Shown piece after piece: positions 16,078 to 30,702 of a stretch of 64,000 nt of DNA. Each line of letters starts with the position of its first letter. Within the stretch, counting starts at the first letter, position 1. Source of the DNA: Hormiphora californensis (Eukaryota > Animalia > Ctenophora); assembly GCA_020137815.1 (NCBI GenBank), contig CM035356.1, forward strand, positions 248,001 to 312,000, in the 5' to 3' direction. The notes under the pieces were generated by a model that saw only the letters and a list, made by a program, of their open reading frames with translations, did no database searches and was not told the origin of the DNA. The position numbers were made by a program, and so were the translations under genes.

Positions 16078-17679
16078 ATGGAAGAATGGTCCCGTAAGAC
16101 TTCCCGAGAAATGCAAATGGTTGGTGGTTGCTGCGTCTGTCTTGATGAGACGGGTTGGCCCGACAACAAGTTGGTTTATTGTGATGGTGCGGGGTGTAAT
16201 GTTGCCGTCCATCAGGCATGCTATGGTATCATCAGTGTCCCAGAGGGGTCCTGGTTCTGTAAACGGTGTGAGAGCCAGGAGCGACAGGTTCGCTTGAAAT
16301 GTGAGTTGTGTCCAAGTAAGGAGGGAGCATTGAAGAAAACAGATAACAGCGGATGGGCCCATATTGTCTGTGCTCTGTATATTCCAGAAGTTAAATTTGG
16401 GAATAATACTACAATGGAACCTATCAGGATCTCCGAGGTGCCGTGTGAGCGGTTCCAGAAGTCATGTTACATATGTGAGGACAGGGGAGATTCAATGAAC
16501 GCCAAGAACAAGGGTGCCTGTATCAGCTGCCATTATCCCAGCTGTAGGAGAAGTTTCCATGTAACATGTGCCCAGGGCTCTCGATTGTTGTGCGAGCAGG
16601 AGACGGGTCCAGAGCGAAACGATTATTTTGGCTACTGTGAGTCACACATCAGTCAACAGAGCAACCGTACATTCACCCAATCACCAGCAGACCTGACCAC
16701 AGATAGATCCAGTGGTGGACCATTGCCATCCATTCCAACCAGTACCAGTTCAGCTACCCCCAGTAACGGATCATCATCCCATAGTGCAGATCCCAAACCT
16801 GATTCGAGCAGGCCAGGTGGTGTGGAGAAGGTGAAAAAGGATAAACTGAGGGATAACGCCAAGGGCCGGTCTCGATCAGTTGCCCACCGGAACCGAGGTC
16901 AGCACCACCGCAGTAAGTCAATGACAAAGGGTCAGCAGGGGTATTATCCCAGCGAGGGAGGGACTCCACCCTCAGAGGATCAGCACAAGAAACAGCGTCT
17001 CACAATGTCATCCATCATAGCAGGGGACGCCAGCCTTCCCAACTACCCTGACCCCACTGCCAAGCCCACTAAAGAGAAGAACAAGCTGCCAAACCCGAAA
17101 AAGCGACACTTTCCCTCGTCCAAACAGGGTGGAAGCAGTTCGTCGAAGAAGATGGGGAAATATGAAGACGAGGGCTCTCCCGGTGTCAGTCCTGCACACT
17201 CGTATGAAGAGCCAGGTCCGTCTCCTGGTGCCAGTCCTAATCAGTCTGAGCCGGAGGTGAAAGCAGAGAACGAGGATTCGGGATACAAGAACACGGTAGC
17301 TAATTCGGAGAGTTTGAAGTCATTGTTGACTAAAAGTTGGGACGGGGATACACACTCAATCCTCAATAACGTTTCATCGTATGGGGACATTGCGTCTCTT
17401 CTCAGTTTGGTTTATGTTATAAAGAGCGACAATGAGCTTATGAAGTCAAAACTAGATGAGCTTGCCAAAAAGCGAGATTATTTAAAGAGTGTCAATGACG
17501 GACTTAAATTGGCGCTAGCTGCGAAAGACTCTTCTGAGCTTCCTTCCAATGGTAAAACACTCCAAGGGCAACCGGATGTGTCTCTTGAGCCTCTTAAACT
17601 GCGTCTAACGCCTGAAGATGTGCTAAAAGTTGAGAAAGTGGTTAACAAAATTATAATGTCTTCAGAACAATCATCGTAG
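16078..17679 (+). CDS. MLLT10: AF10/AF17-like PZP-domain chromatin protein, intronless, 533 aa
   Basis: N-terminal PHD-Zn knuckle-PHD (GGCCVCLDETGWPDNKLVYCDGAGCNVAVHQACYGI...CELCPSKEGALKKTD...WAHIVCALYIPEV) and C-terminal OM-leucine-zipper-like segment (DIASLL...NELMKSKLDELAKKRDYLKSVN). Confidence 0.88.
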   Translation: MEEWSRKTSREMQMVGGCCVCLDETGWPDNKLVYCDGAGCNVAVHQACYGIISVPEGSWFCKRCESQERQVRLKCELCPSKEGALKKTDNSGWAHIVCALYIPEVKFGNNTTMEPIRISEVPCERFQKSCYICEDRGDSMNAKNKGACISCHYPSCRRSFHVTCAQGSRLLCEQETGPERNDYFGYCESHISQQSNRTFTQSPADLTTDRSSGGPLPSIPTSTSSATPSNGSSSHSADPKPDSSRPGGVEKVKKDKLRDNAKGRSRSVAHRNRGQHHRSKSMTKGQQGYYPSEGGTPPSEDQHKKQRLTMSSIIAGDASLPNYPDPTAKPTKEKNKLPNPKKRHFPSSKQGGSSSSKKMGKYEDEGSPGVSPAHSYEEPGPSPGASPNQSEPEVKAENEDSGYKNTVANSESLKSLLTKSWDGDTHSILNNVSSYGDIASLLSLVYVIKSDNELMKSKLDELAKKRDYLKSVNDGLKLALAAKDSSELPSNGKTLQGQPDVSLEPLKLRLTPEDVLKVEKVVNKIIMSSEQSS

Positions 17680-17922
17680 TTTGTTTTTTGTTGGTTTTTT
17701 TTGTGCTTATCATCCTGAGTGTGTTGCTTTTTGTTCTGAGCCATATATTTTATGTAAATACATCTTTAATCCGTCTATTGACTACTTTACTCGGTTAATT
17801 ATTAGTTTAGGTACCCCAAATTACCAATCGTCCCATGCTAATCCTAACCCCAAAACAGAGATTTGCCCCATCAACTTACATTACTAACCTGCAACACTAT
17901 TTTCAGCCCCACCCCTCCCCCT

Positions 17923-18852
17923 ATGGCCCACACGCCTCCTAAAAGCGAAAACTACGTCATTGTAAAGATCCTGATTCCTGTTTACTGTGCGGGCGCGTGT
18001 ATTGGGAAGGATGGACTTGAGATCCAGAGGATAAAAACCGAATCGGGGTCCCGGGTGAAGATATCCCGCAATAGGGATCTTTTCCCAAGGACCGATGAAC
18101 GGGTTGTGTTGGTTAGCGGTACACCCGATCAAGTGTTGGAGGTCATCAAATTTGTTCAGGAGAAAATCAAAAACGAAAGTCCCCCAGATAATAGGCGTGT
18201 AAACCCAAAACGAAAAGACCAGGTCAAGTTGATAGTGGCTCACTCGGCCGCTGGGAGGATCATCGGCCGAAAGGGGGACAAGGTCAACAAACTTAAACAA
18301 GACTTTGGGGTTAAAGTTTACATAACGAACAAGGACGAAAACATACCCACACTGAATGAACGAGTGGTAACGATTGAGGGGAGCGACGAAAGTGTGAGGG
18401 AAACAGCCCGTGATATTATCAACTCAATCCAAGAAAATCCAGAGGGACGACTCAGCCGGAGTTTGGAGTATCGGAAGTTCTCTGAAAACCCGTATGGTGC
18501 ATACTTTTACCACGGTCCCCCTCCTCCGCCGTACCACCGAGGTGGTGGTGGCGGTGGTGGCGGTGGTTACTCTCACGGTGGTTACTCTGGTTACCCACCT
18601 GGTCCTGCTAGTGGTGGTGGTGGTGGTGGTTATGGTGGCTATGGATACCAAAACTACTATAGCCCTCCTGGAGGATATAACGAAGGTCCGTACTATGGAG
18701 GAGGAAGGGGTGGCTACCAGCAGCGGGGTGGAGGGTACCAGCAGAGGGGTGGTAGAGGAGATCACGGGTCTAGAGGAGGTCCACCACGACCTACACGGAG
18801 AGATTCAGGGGACGAGGAAGGTGTATTCAGGGTCCCGTGGTGGTCTCCGTGA
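17923..18852 (+). CDS. Nova/Pasilla-like KH protein A (2 KH plus GY/RGG tail), intronless
   Basis: VKILIPVYCAGACIGKDG...VKISRNRDLFPRTDERVVLVSG; KDQVKLIVAHSAAGRIIGRKG...LNERVVTIEG; first ATG 17923 lies 16 nt after ttttcag acceptor (ORF track starts at an upstream TTG). Confidence 0.85.
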   Translation: MAHTPPKSENYVIVKILIPVYCAGACIGKDGLEIQRIKTESGSRVKISRNRDLFPRTDERVVLVSGTPDQVLEVIKFVQEKIKNESPPDNRRVNPKRKDQVKLIVAHSAAGRIIGRKGDKVNKLKQDFGVKVYITNKDENIPTLNERVVTIEGSDESVRETARDIINSIQENPEGRLSRSLEYRKFSENPYGAYFYHGPPPPPYHRGGGGGGGGGYSHGGYSGYPPGPASGGGGGGYGGYGYQNYYSPPGGYNEGPYYGGGRGGYQQRGGGYQQRGGRGDHGSRGGPPRPTRRDSGDEEGVFRVPWWSP

Positions 18853-21639
18853 TTTTTATAAGGACACGAGACCTACAGAGTAAGAGAAGTGTGTGGAGAT
18901 GTGACGGGATATGGTGACGGTGCTGGTGGTTGCTCTGAATTCTTGATATCGGGAGAACTACAATATCGTGTTGTTGCCGCGTCCTTTCTGCGTCCTCTCC
19001 ACTCATCCCCCAACCCTCAAAGCGATGTTTGCGCCTTGAGATTAAAGAATACCATTTGTGTAATAAGGAAGCCGAAGACAGCGTGGTGGCACAGGTTTAT
19101 TTATAATATAGCAATAAGTATAACAAGTAGCCAAGATGTATTTGAGCACATGGCCGCCCCCCGGTGTGTGGTTGGTGTAAGATACGATATTATATTTAGC
19201 AAGTTCTAACGTTGTTTTGTAGCTTTTATCCAGGGACTGGGTTCTACTATCTAGAGTTGTTTTATGTTGATAGCCCACGGGCAGTGTGTGTGAGTGTTGT
19301 GTGAGAGAGATTTCGAGAGGCTATTTTATTAGAGTATGTTATCTTTATGACCAACAGTTTCAAACTCTGTTTGACAGACTACTTAACATTTAACGCACTT
19401 TTTATCAGACATATTTAGTATACATTTAGTGTGGCGTGTGTGTAATGTTAGTGTGTGACGTGTGTGAGTGAATACTGAATATCATATTTTATGAACAAGT
19501 GCAGGTGTGTGAGTGTGTGATTGTGTGAGTATACGTTTATTATATATTAGTGTGTGATGTACCTAACATGCCATATTTTCGTGAGTTTCTATAGCTATTT
19601 TTAAAAGAAGTTCTTTTTAATTTCACAAGTATACTACTACTACTACTATGCGCTGTGTAACAATAGTATAGTCTGAGAGGATCGTGGTCTTCATTTGTGT
19701 GTCAGCGTCAGTGATATGATCAAAGTGTGACAGTGTGTGATTGTGTGTGAATATATGATATGTATCTCGCATATAATATTCTAACATTTCCAGGCCTTTT
19801 CTCTGGTAGATCTAGGTCTGTTAATTACACAAACACACTAATCATCACACCATCACATCTTGTATCATGATCCTGGCGCAAGGGAGGGAGGAGTGCAGTA
19901 GATATATATCCCTCATCATCCCGCAACATGCAAAACAACCCACCCCTTGTCACACCACCCTCTACCTCCTTCTTCCATTCCTGATCAGTTTGCATCGCTC
20001 ACGTACCCTCCCTCCCGAGCTCTCCCTGTGTTATGCACCTCCCCTCCATACCAGAGATAGATAGAAAGGTTGAGGACCTAAAACAAAAAGAAGAGGGTTA
20101 TTTTTGTATTTTTTTGTAATTTTATATTGTGATGTGTGACTAAAGAGACACTTGTTACATTTTTGAAGGTACGCACAATGCAATATCCCATTTATTGTGC
20201 GTACTATCCTTTAGATCCCATTTATTAGAGAGAGAGAATTATTATCGCCCCTTTTACGTCCCTATTATATTATTGGTTAACAATTCTTCACCCTCTTTTT
20301 CCTGTCCATAGTGGAACACTTCCTTTTCTAGCTCAATATATTGCACATAGCAACGTGCCCTTAGCAACACGCTATACGGAAAATACATTTCAAATTTCTG
20401 GAGGCCCACTTTAGTCTAACAGGTGCCAGGAAAGTGTTATATCTTAGTCAACAAAACAATGCAACTGCTGAGATACACACTTTGACTGATATCTGTAGTT
20501 CTTTGAAATGTATTTTACCACAGTGGCCGTGTGTGTCGTTTATTATGCTGGGGAAGGTACCCCTCTTGAAGTCCCGATGTGTGCGGGGTTCCACTGTAGC
20601 TTGTGCGTGTGAGTATATTACATGGTGTATCTAGGCCTAGCAGGGCTGGTGTGTGTTAGTATTTTCCCTGTTTTTCACTACCAGCTCTAACCTGTACTAA
20701 ACTGGTGAAGACTTTATTTGGCTTTTTTATTAACCTGTTGATTTAATTCTCACGTATCAGCATTGAGTTTTACTCCTTCACGACAATTCACGCTTTAATA
20801 ACATTAAACGAAACCTTCTTTCTATCATTGAACTCAGAAACTTCTTTTGTTCATGGCATTGAGTTTCTTACATTTCATTTCACGTTCTTTACCCATCTTC
20901 CTTCGTTGTAATACCCCCGATCTGACCGCAAATTGTCTTCATAACCGAGGCAATTGCAACCTGCCCCATTCTCCTTACCTTCCACACAAGAGTCTCCTTC
21001 TTCAGACATCTTGATCTTCCCCGAAATACTGAATTCCCCGAAATGATCAACCCGACTCAAACCATCCTTCGTTCGATAACATCTGACATAGCATCTTTAT
21101 TATCCTAAAAGTTCAAATCAGTTCGCTTCTGTCATTTCCTAAAAACTTTGCCCATAAGTCTGACTTGTCTCGCCTGATCTCCGAACCATCACCTAACAAA
21201 TTATTGTCTCAGTCATAAACATCTGCTACGACGTGATTCTTTGACAGCACGAACGAATCCCAAATTGCAGTCTCAATTTTGATCCTCAGTCCCTGATCCC
21301 GGGGCTTCCTTCCAATTTTGGTAACCGTTTTCCTGGTCTTTTGTACTGATGAACTAAGATAAAATTTACTCGACTAACCAACATCCTTTTTCGCAAATTT
21401 TGGCAGGGCCAGGGTAATACACAGTCTTGAAAACTTTGGCTAAGCGAGAACGTTCAATTGATCAAACTAAACGATGCATGTCATATATATCAATGGGGTC
21501 GAACTGGGAGACTCGCCTAATCAGTGATCATTTCCCCTCTCAGATTGCCTCTCCGGTATCTAACCCTCCTCACCCTCCCTTGTGACACACCACTAACCAT
21601 CCGTTTCCTCCCTCTCTTTAGCTCATCGTTGCTGTTGCC

Positions 21640-23020
21640 ATGTCCAAAAGGGGTCCCGATGCAGGCGGTGACAATGATCATCCGAAACGTCGAAGTCACG
21701 GCAAACCCATGATCAAAATGCTGTGCCCTTTCTACTGTGCCGGTGCTATCATCGGCAAGGGTGGTGAGACCATCAAGGATCTGGCTGAGAGAACTGAATG
21801 CGATGTGAAGATCTCAAAAAATGATGAACGATTCCCTACCACCAGTGATCGAGTCATCAGCATTCAGGGGTCTCAGGAGGGCCTGGATGAATGTGTCTTG
21901 TTTGTCCAAGATAAAATCCGCAAGGATACCCCTCCACCAAACGCCAAAACTGAGTCTCACGCCGTCAATGCTAAACGGAAGGAAGCTTGTAAACTGGTTG
22001 TCTCCGATACCTCGGCTGGTCGTATCATTGGTAAGGGAGGATCTAGGGTTAAAGAGCTGAAGGACGATTACAATATTGTCATTAACATTACCCGGAAGGA
22101 CGAGATGCCTAGGGGATTCGAGGAGCGGTGTGTCTCCGTAGAGGGAGCAGCTGAGAGTGTAGACCAGTGTGTCAAGGAGATCATCAAGATAGTTGCTGAG
22201 GATGAGAGTGCCCGTATGGAGTGGTATGTCTTCTACAGGGACTGGAATGAGAGGGCAAACGACGATTCGCGAGGAGGCCCACCATCCCGAGACGGAGGTA
22301 GAGATTTCGGACGAGGTGGTTACGGAGGTAGGGATCCCCGAGATGCACCCAGGGGCGGAGATTACGGACGGGACTACGGTGGTCGCAGCGATGGAAGGGG
22401 TGATTATGGTAGGGATTATGGTGGTCGAGATGGCTACAGGGGACCTCCTCCTGATGATAGGCGAGGAGGATATGATGATAGGAGAGATGACCGTAGGGGT
22501 GGATATGGGGATCGGGACCGAGATGCTGTTTACCGAGATTACCCTCCTCCCCGTGACAGCGGCTACAGCAGAGATCCTCCCCCAAGGGAGTCCTTCTACC
22601 GGGATGACCGGGGTTACGGTGATATGGATAGGGGTTACGGTGGTGCACGGGATCCCCCTCCCAGGAGCCCCCCTCCTAGGGATAGTTACTATAACGACCG
22701 ATACAGGGCCAGTGGGGGAGGTGGAGGAGGCAGGGACTACGGAGGTTCTCGTGATGCGGGATATCGAGATGCTCCTCCTTATTCTGGGGGCGGTGCCCGA
22801 GACCCTCCCCCACGAGACCTTGATAGGAGGGATGACTACCCCCCACCAGCCAGTGGTGGAGGCAGTGGTGGAAGATACAACGACAGTTACAGCAAGGATT
22901 CTTACTCTGGAGGGGGTGGTAACAGGAGCTACTCTGACTACGTATGGTTCTGGTGCTGCTTCAGGCGGTGCCGGTGACAGGGGTGGCGACTACCGAGATA
23001 CGTCACGGGGCCGATATTAG
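21640..23020 (+). CDS. Nova/Pasilla-like KH protein B (2 KH plus RD/GY-rich tail)
   Basis: IKMLCPFYCAGAIIGKGG...FPTTSDRVISIQG; CKLVVSDTSAGRIIGKGG...EERCVSVEG; ORF stops at 22977 but the low-complexity tail continues in another frame to TAG 23020 (probable indel near 22942). Confidence 0.85.
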
Positions 23021-23315
23021 ATACTATATCAGACCTAGAACACTTGGTTGCAGCCGTGATTAGAAGCAGCTGCACTTCGCTTCACCGACCTCTCATCTGT
23101 CAGATGTTCCCAGGTTGATCGACTACTGCATCCGCAGACACAGACTCATTTTGTTTCTTTTCAGACTGTCGTGCTAGTCATCAATATAGCCACTTCTTTA
23201 ATCGCTTAAAACATAGTGTATTTTACCTCCCAAATGTTATCTTATTTTCAAAGAACCACCCTTTTCATGTGTCCAATTGTTATAATAACTAACCCTCTGC
23301 TCTCCCTCTCAGGGT

Positions 23316-24134
23316 ATGTCGTCGCCTCAAGAAAAGGATGCTGCTGCCTCCTCCTCCACTAACCCCTCAGTCCCCTCCTCTTCCTCGACCTCCCAAGTGA
23401 CAATTAAGATCCTAATCCCTTCTTTCACGGTGGGTGCCGTGATTGGAAAGGGAGGGGAGGTTATCAAAGCTCTGAAAAAGGACACAGGCGCACATATCCG
23501 AGTATCACAAAATGGGAAGTACTACCCCACCACCAGTGAGCGTATCGCCTTTGTATCCGGGACGACCGAGCAGGTGAGACAGGTCATCTGCGAGATCAAC
23601 GAGAAGATCCGAAATGACAAACCCCCGGAAAACAAGAAAATCAGCCTGGACTTGAAGGAGCGGAAACAGCAAATGAAGCTGATTATTCCTAGTAGCAGTG
23701 CGGGGAAGATCATCGGTAAGAGTGGTTGTAACATTAAGGAAATGAAAGAAAAGTATGACTTGTCGGTGCGCATTCAAAACCACGAGGAGAGCATCGAGGG
23801 GCTAGACGAGAGGATTGTGACGGTCAAGGGTAGTCCTGAGAGCATTGAAAAAAGTGTGGACATGATCCTGTCTCATGTGGAGGAGGATAACTTTGGAAAA
23901 GTTGACAACAACCTCGATTATGACATGTTTAACGGATACTACGGGTGGAGTTACGGATACCCAGGGTATGGAGAGTATCGTGGTGGTAACGGTTACTATC
24001 CTCCCGTTCCTCCCTTTGCAGCGGGTCCGGGTGGACGATATGATCACCACCATCGACCCGGGTATTTCTACATGGACACCTTCGTGAGAGGCGGTGGCGG
24101 TGGTCGGGCTCGTGGTCGACGGGGCCGATCTTGA
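23316..24134 (+). CDS. Nova/Pasilla-like KH protein C (2 KH plus short GY/RGG tail), intronless, 272 aa
   Basis: IKILIPSFTVGAVIGKGG...YYPTTSERIAFVSG; QQMKLIIPSSSAGKIIGKSG...LDERIVTVKG; acceptor ctaac...ctctcag 3 nt before ATG. Confidence 0.87.
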   Translation: MSSPQEKDAAASSSTNPSVPSSSSTSQVTIKILIPSFTVGAVIGKGGEVIKALKKDTGAHIRVSQNGKYYPTTSERIAFVSGTTEQVRQVICEINEKIRNDKPPENKKISLDLKERKQQMKLIIPSSSAGKIIGKSGCNIKEMKEKYDLSVRIQNHEESIEGLDERIVTVKGSPESIEKSVDMILSHVEEDNFGKVDNNLDYDMFNGYYGWSYGYPGYGEYRGGNGYYPPVPPFAAGPGGRYDHHHRPGYFYMDTFVRGGGGGRARGRRGRS

Positions 24135-26123
24135 GCGATATATACCACTGGGCACACACAGAGCAACGCACGGGGCCCGGTGTGGCGGATCAATTTGGGA
24201 TGATATGTCTTTTAAGAAAAAATCGAATTACTTATTGGCTTTGATTTGAATATATACGTAATACGTGAGAGGGTGATCGTGTTATGATGATGCTGTGCAG
24301 CGACAGATCGGGTTTTATAATTCACATGGTCCCATTATTATTATATTTAGCTGCTCCTTATTACACGTCCAGAGTGTCCGCGACTATTTGATTGACTGTT
24401 GAATGCAAATTAATTTGTTTTATTTATACGGTTAGACATAGGAATCTGTAGAATATAGGCTTTATAAGGTGGGACAAATGTCATTTTTATTCATTTATAT
24501 ATACACCGCTTTTTCCTTTATAGAAAAACTGTTTTTGGATTTTTTATTTTTATTTTTTTACCACAGTCGCGCAGCTATGGGAGGTTTGAGAGTAGTGGTT
24601 TGTGTGTTTTGTATATATTACATTTTTAACAAAAGAGAGAGAGATGCACATTATATAATGTTTTGACACCATTTACTAGCACAAACACCTAACACGACGG
24701 GTTTTTATGCACACTAGATATTATATCAAGATAGAGAGTGAGACCGAGTGAGTTAGTGAGTGAGAGCAAGAAAGAGAGAATCATAGAGTAAGAGTTAAGA
24801 GAGAGAGAAATCCGATGAATTTATCATTCCTAACTGTGTTTTCATCAGAGACTATTACCCGAGAAAGTAACTGAGAAGAGTAATTATAGAGGTAGCTTAT
24901 AATATCTTAAAGAGAAGGAAATCTTTTACAGCTAGATACTAACATTATTAATAAGAGTTTACACTTGTCACCCCTTTATACTATTGTACACTAGTTTTAA
25001 GAGAGAACACTCCATGTATATCTCTCTCTGTCCGTGCGTCGTGCTTAGCCCTCCTCGATAACTACATGCCTTCGAAACAACAAAAAACAAAGCGAGCAGA
25101 CGGCAGGGATAGAGAGATAGATAGCATCACCATGATCATCATCATGATGGTAACCATGGTAACTTCATATATTTTGTGATATGGTAACCATGTTAACTTC
25201 ATATATTTTGTGATGTGGTAACCATGGTTTCGCTTATTTTGGTTAAACATACACTTCGCCATGATAACTTGGTAGAGAACACGTAACATAGCCTTAGAAA
25301 CACCCCTATATTACCATGGTAACATAACAACTCAAGTTGGTATCCATGGCAACTCACATACACGGTAACTTATTGATTGTTTGTATTTTCGACAGAAAGA
25401 ATTACACGCTGACCTCCTCTCCTCCTTCTCCCCTGCTGTTTCACCTTACATCCCCCTTGAGGAGAGATAGGTTGAATCGGTGATGGGAGGGAAGGGGGAA
25501 GGGTCTGCAGTTTCTGATAGCGAGCTCCGGAATGGAGAGAGAGGGTAAAACCTTGTATCAAGTGCCGCCCCACACAGTGTCCCCCCTGACCTACATCGTA
25601 TACCCTGTGTAGATGCATATTATTGAGCTTCCTCTCCCGGGTAGATCGGCCCCTTCTCTCCCTCTCTCTGTTTCTCTAATCCTTATCTAGACGGTTCAGA
25701 CTGCTTGTGATAGTGTCTAGTTGGGAGATTGAGAGAGAGAGAGGAGAGCTAGGGCTGCTGGGAAGGTGAGAGCTGCGTGTAATATGGGACAGAGTTGGGG
25801 CGAGAGGGACGAGCCCCTACATGAGAGGCTGAGGTGTTTTACACATTACATATTATGTGATAAATTTTCTTAAAAAAAAGATACCGTTATTTTAATGTCT
25901 GCGCTGTAGTTCCCTCTTTATCTTTCCTCTTTTCTTTTTCCTGCTTCTGAGTTCTGAACCACCGATTTCCTCTCTTTTCATCTCTTCCCCAAATTATACT
26001 CCTTCTAGAATCACCCACTAACGTCTGTCCGTGTCCTGTATGAGAGTGTGTACAAAGCTAATTCATGATCCCCAACAAAGCGCCTCTAATCCTCCCTCCT
26101 CTCTCTCTTACTCTCTTGATTAG

Positions 26124-29711
<3,588 letters not shown>

Positions 29712-30040
29712 AGGATCATGTTGTTGAGGGACCAGGCACATCCCTCCCTCCCCGGTCTATAGAGTAATGGGGGCACTGTCACGATGTGTGGCAGTGCCCC
29801 TGAGAGCTCAATTTAGTGCAAGAGAAAGATAACCCCTTTCTTTGACAGGAAGAAGATGAAATGTTAAATTGTGTAAAATGTTTTTGTTCCGCGATCTTTA
29901 TTTAGCAAAAAGTTACTTTTTTTGGTTGAACCAAAACCCAACTTATATCACCAAGTTTGTTATTATTTCCCCACTAATTTCTAACATCCCGTTCCTAAAC
30001 CAAGCACTCCCACTTTCTAATAACTTTATGTTTCATAGCC

Positions 30041-30299
30041 ATGGACATCACACGTATAACGAGAGAACAGAAGATAGAGATATCACGGAAGTATTTCCTA
30101 GTTGGGATCCCGTTCTTGCCCTGGGTTTGGATCATTAATGTGTGCTGGTTTTGGGGGGACGCCTGGAATAAAACCAATCACATACCTGAGGTGAGTGAGA
30201 TGGTTATTAATTGCGCGAAAATATGCTCCCCCTTTCTTCTCTCCCCGCTACCCCCGGTGAATGGTGATCTATCTGTCTTTATATGCTCTTTATTTATTT

Positions 30300-30352
<53 letters not shown>

Positions 30353-30671
30353 GCTATCTCTCTCTCTTTCTCTCTCTCTTTCTTTCTCTCTCTCTCTCTC
30401 TCTTTTCTCGTACACTCTGTCTCTGTGGTGAAAGAGGCTAGCGTGAGAATGAGAGCGATGGACGCATACCACATACCCTCTAAAGATTGGGGGCGTATAT
30501 ATTCAGGAAGTAGCCGTCGTCCCACAGAGAGAGAAAGTGAGGGAGAGATTTACACTGACAGAGTGGATAGAGTGTATGAGAGAGAGAAAGATATGGTTTA
30601 GGAGTAACTACAGACGGCGGGGTGTGACCCATCGGTACTACAGATGCTCTCCTGTCTGCAGAGAGAGAGAG

Positions 30672-30702
<31 letters not shown>

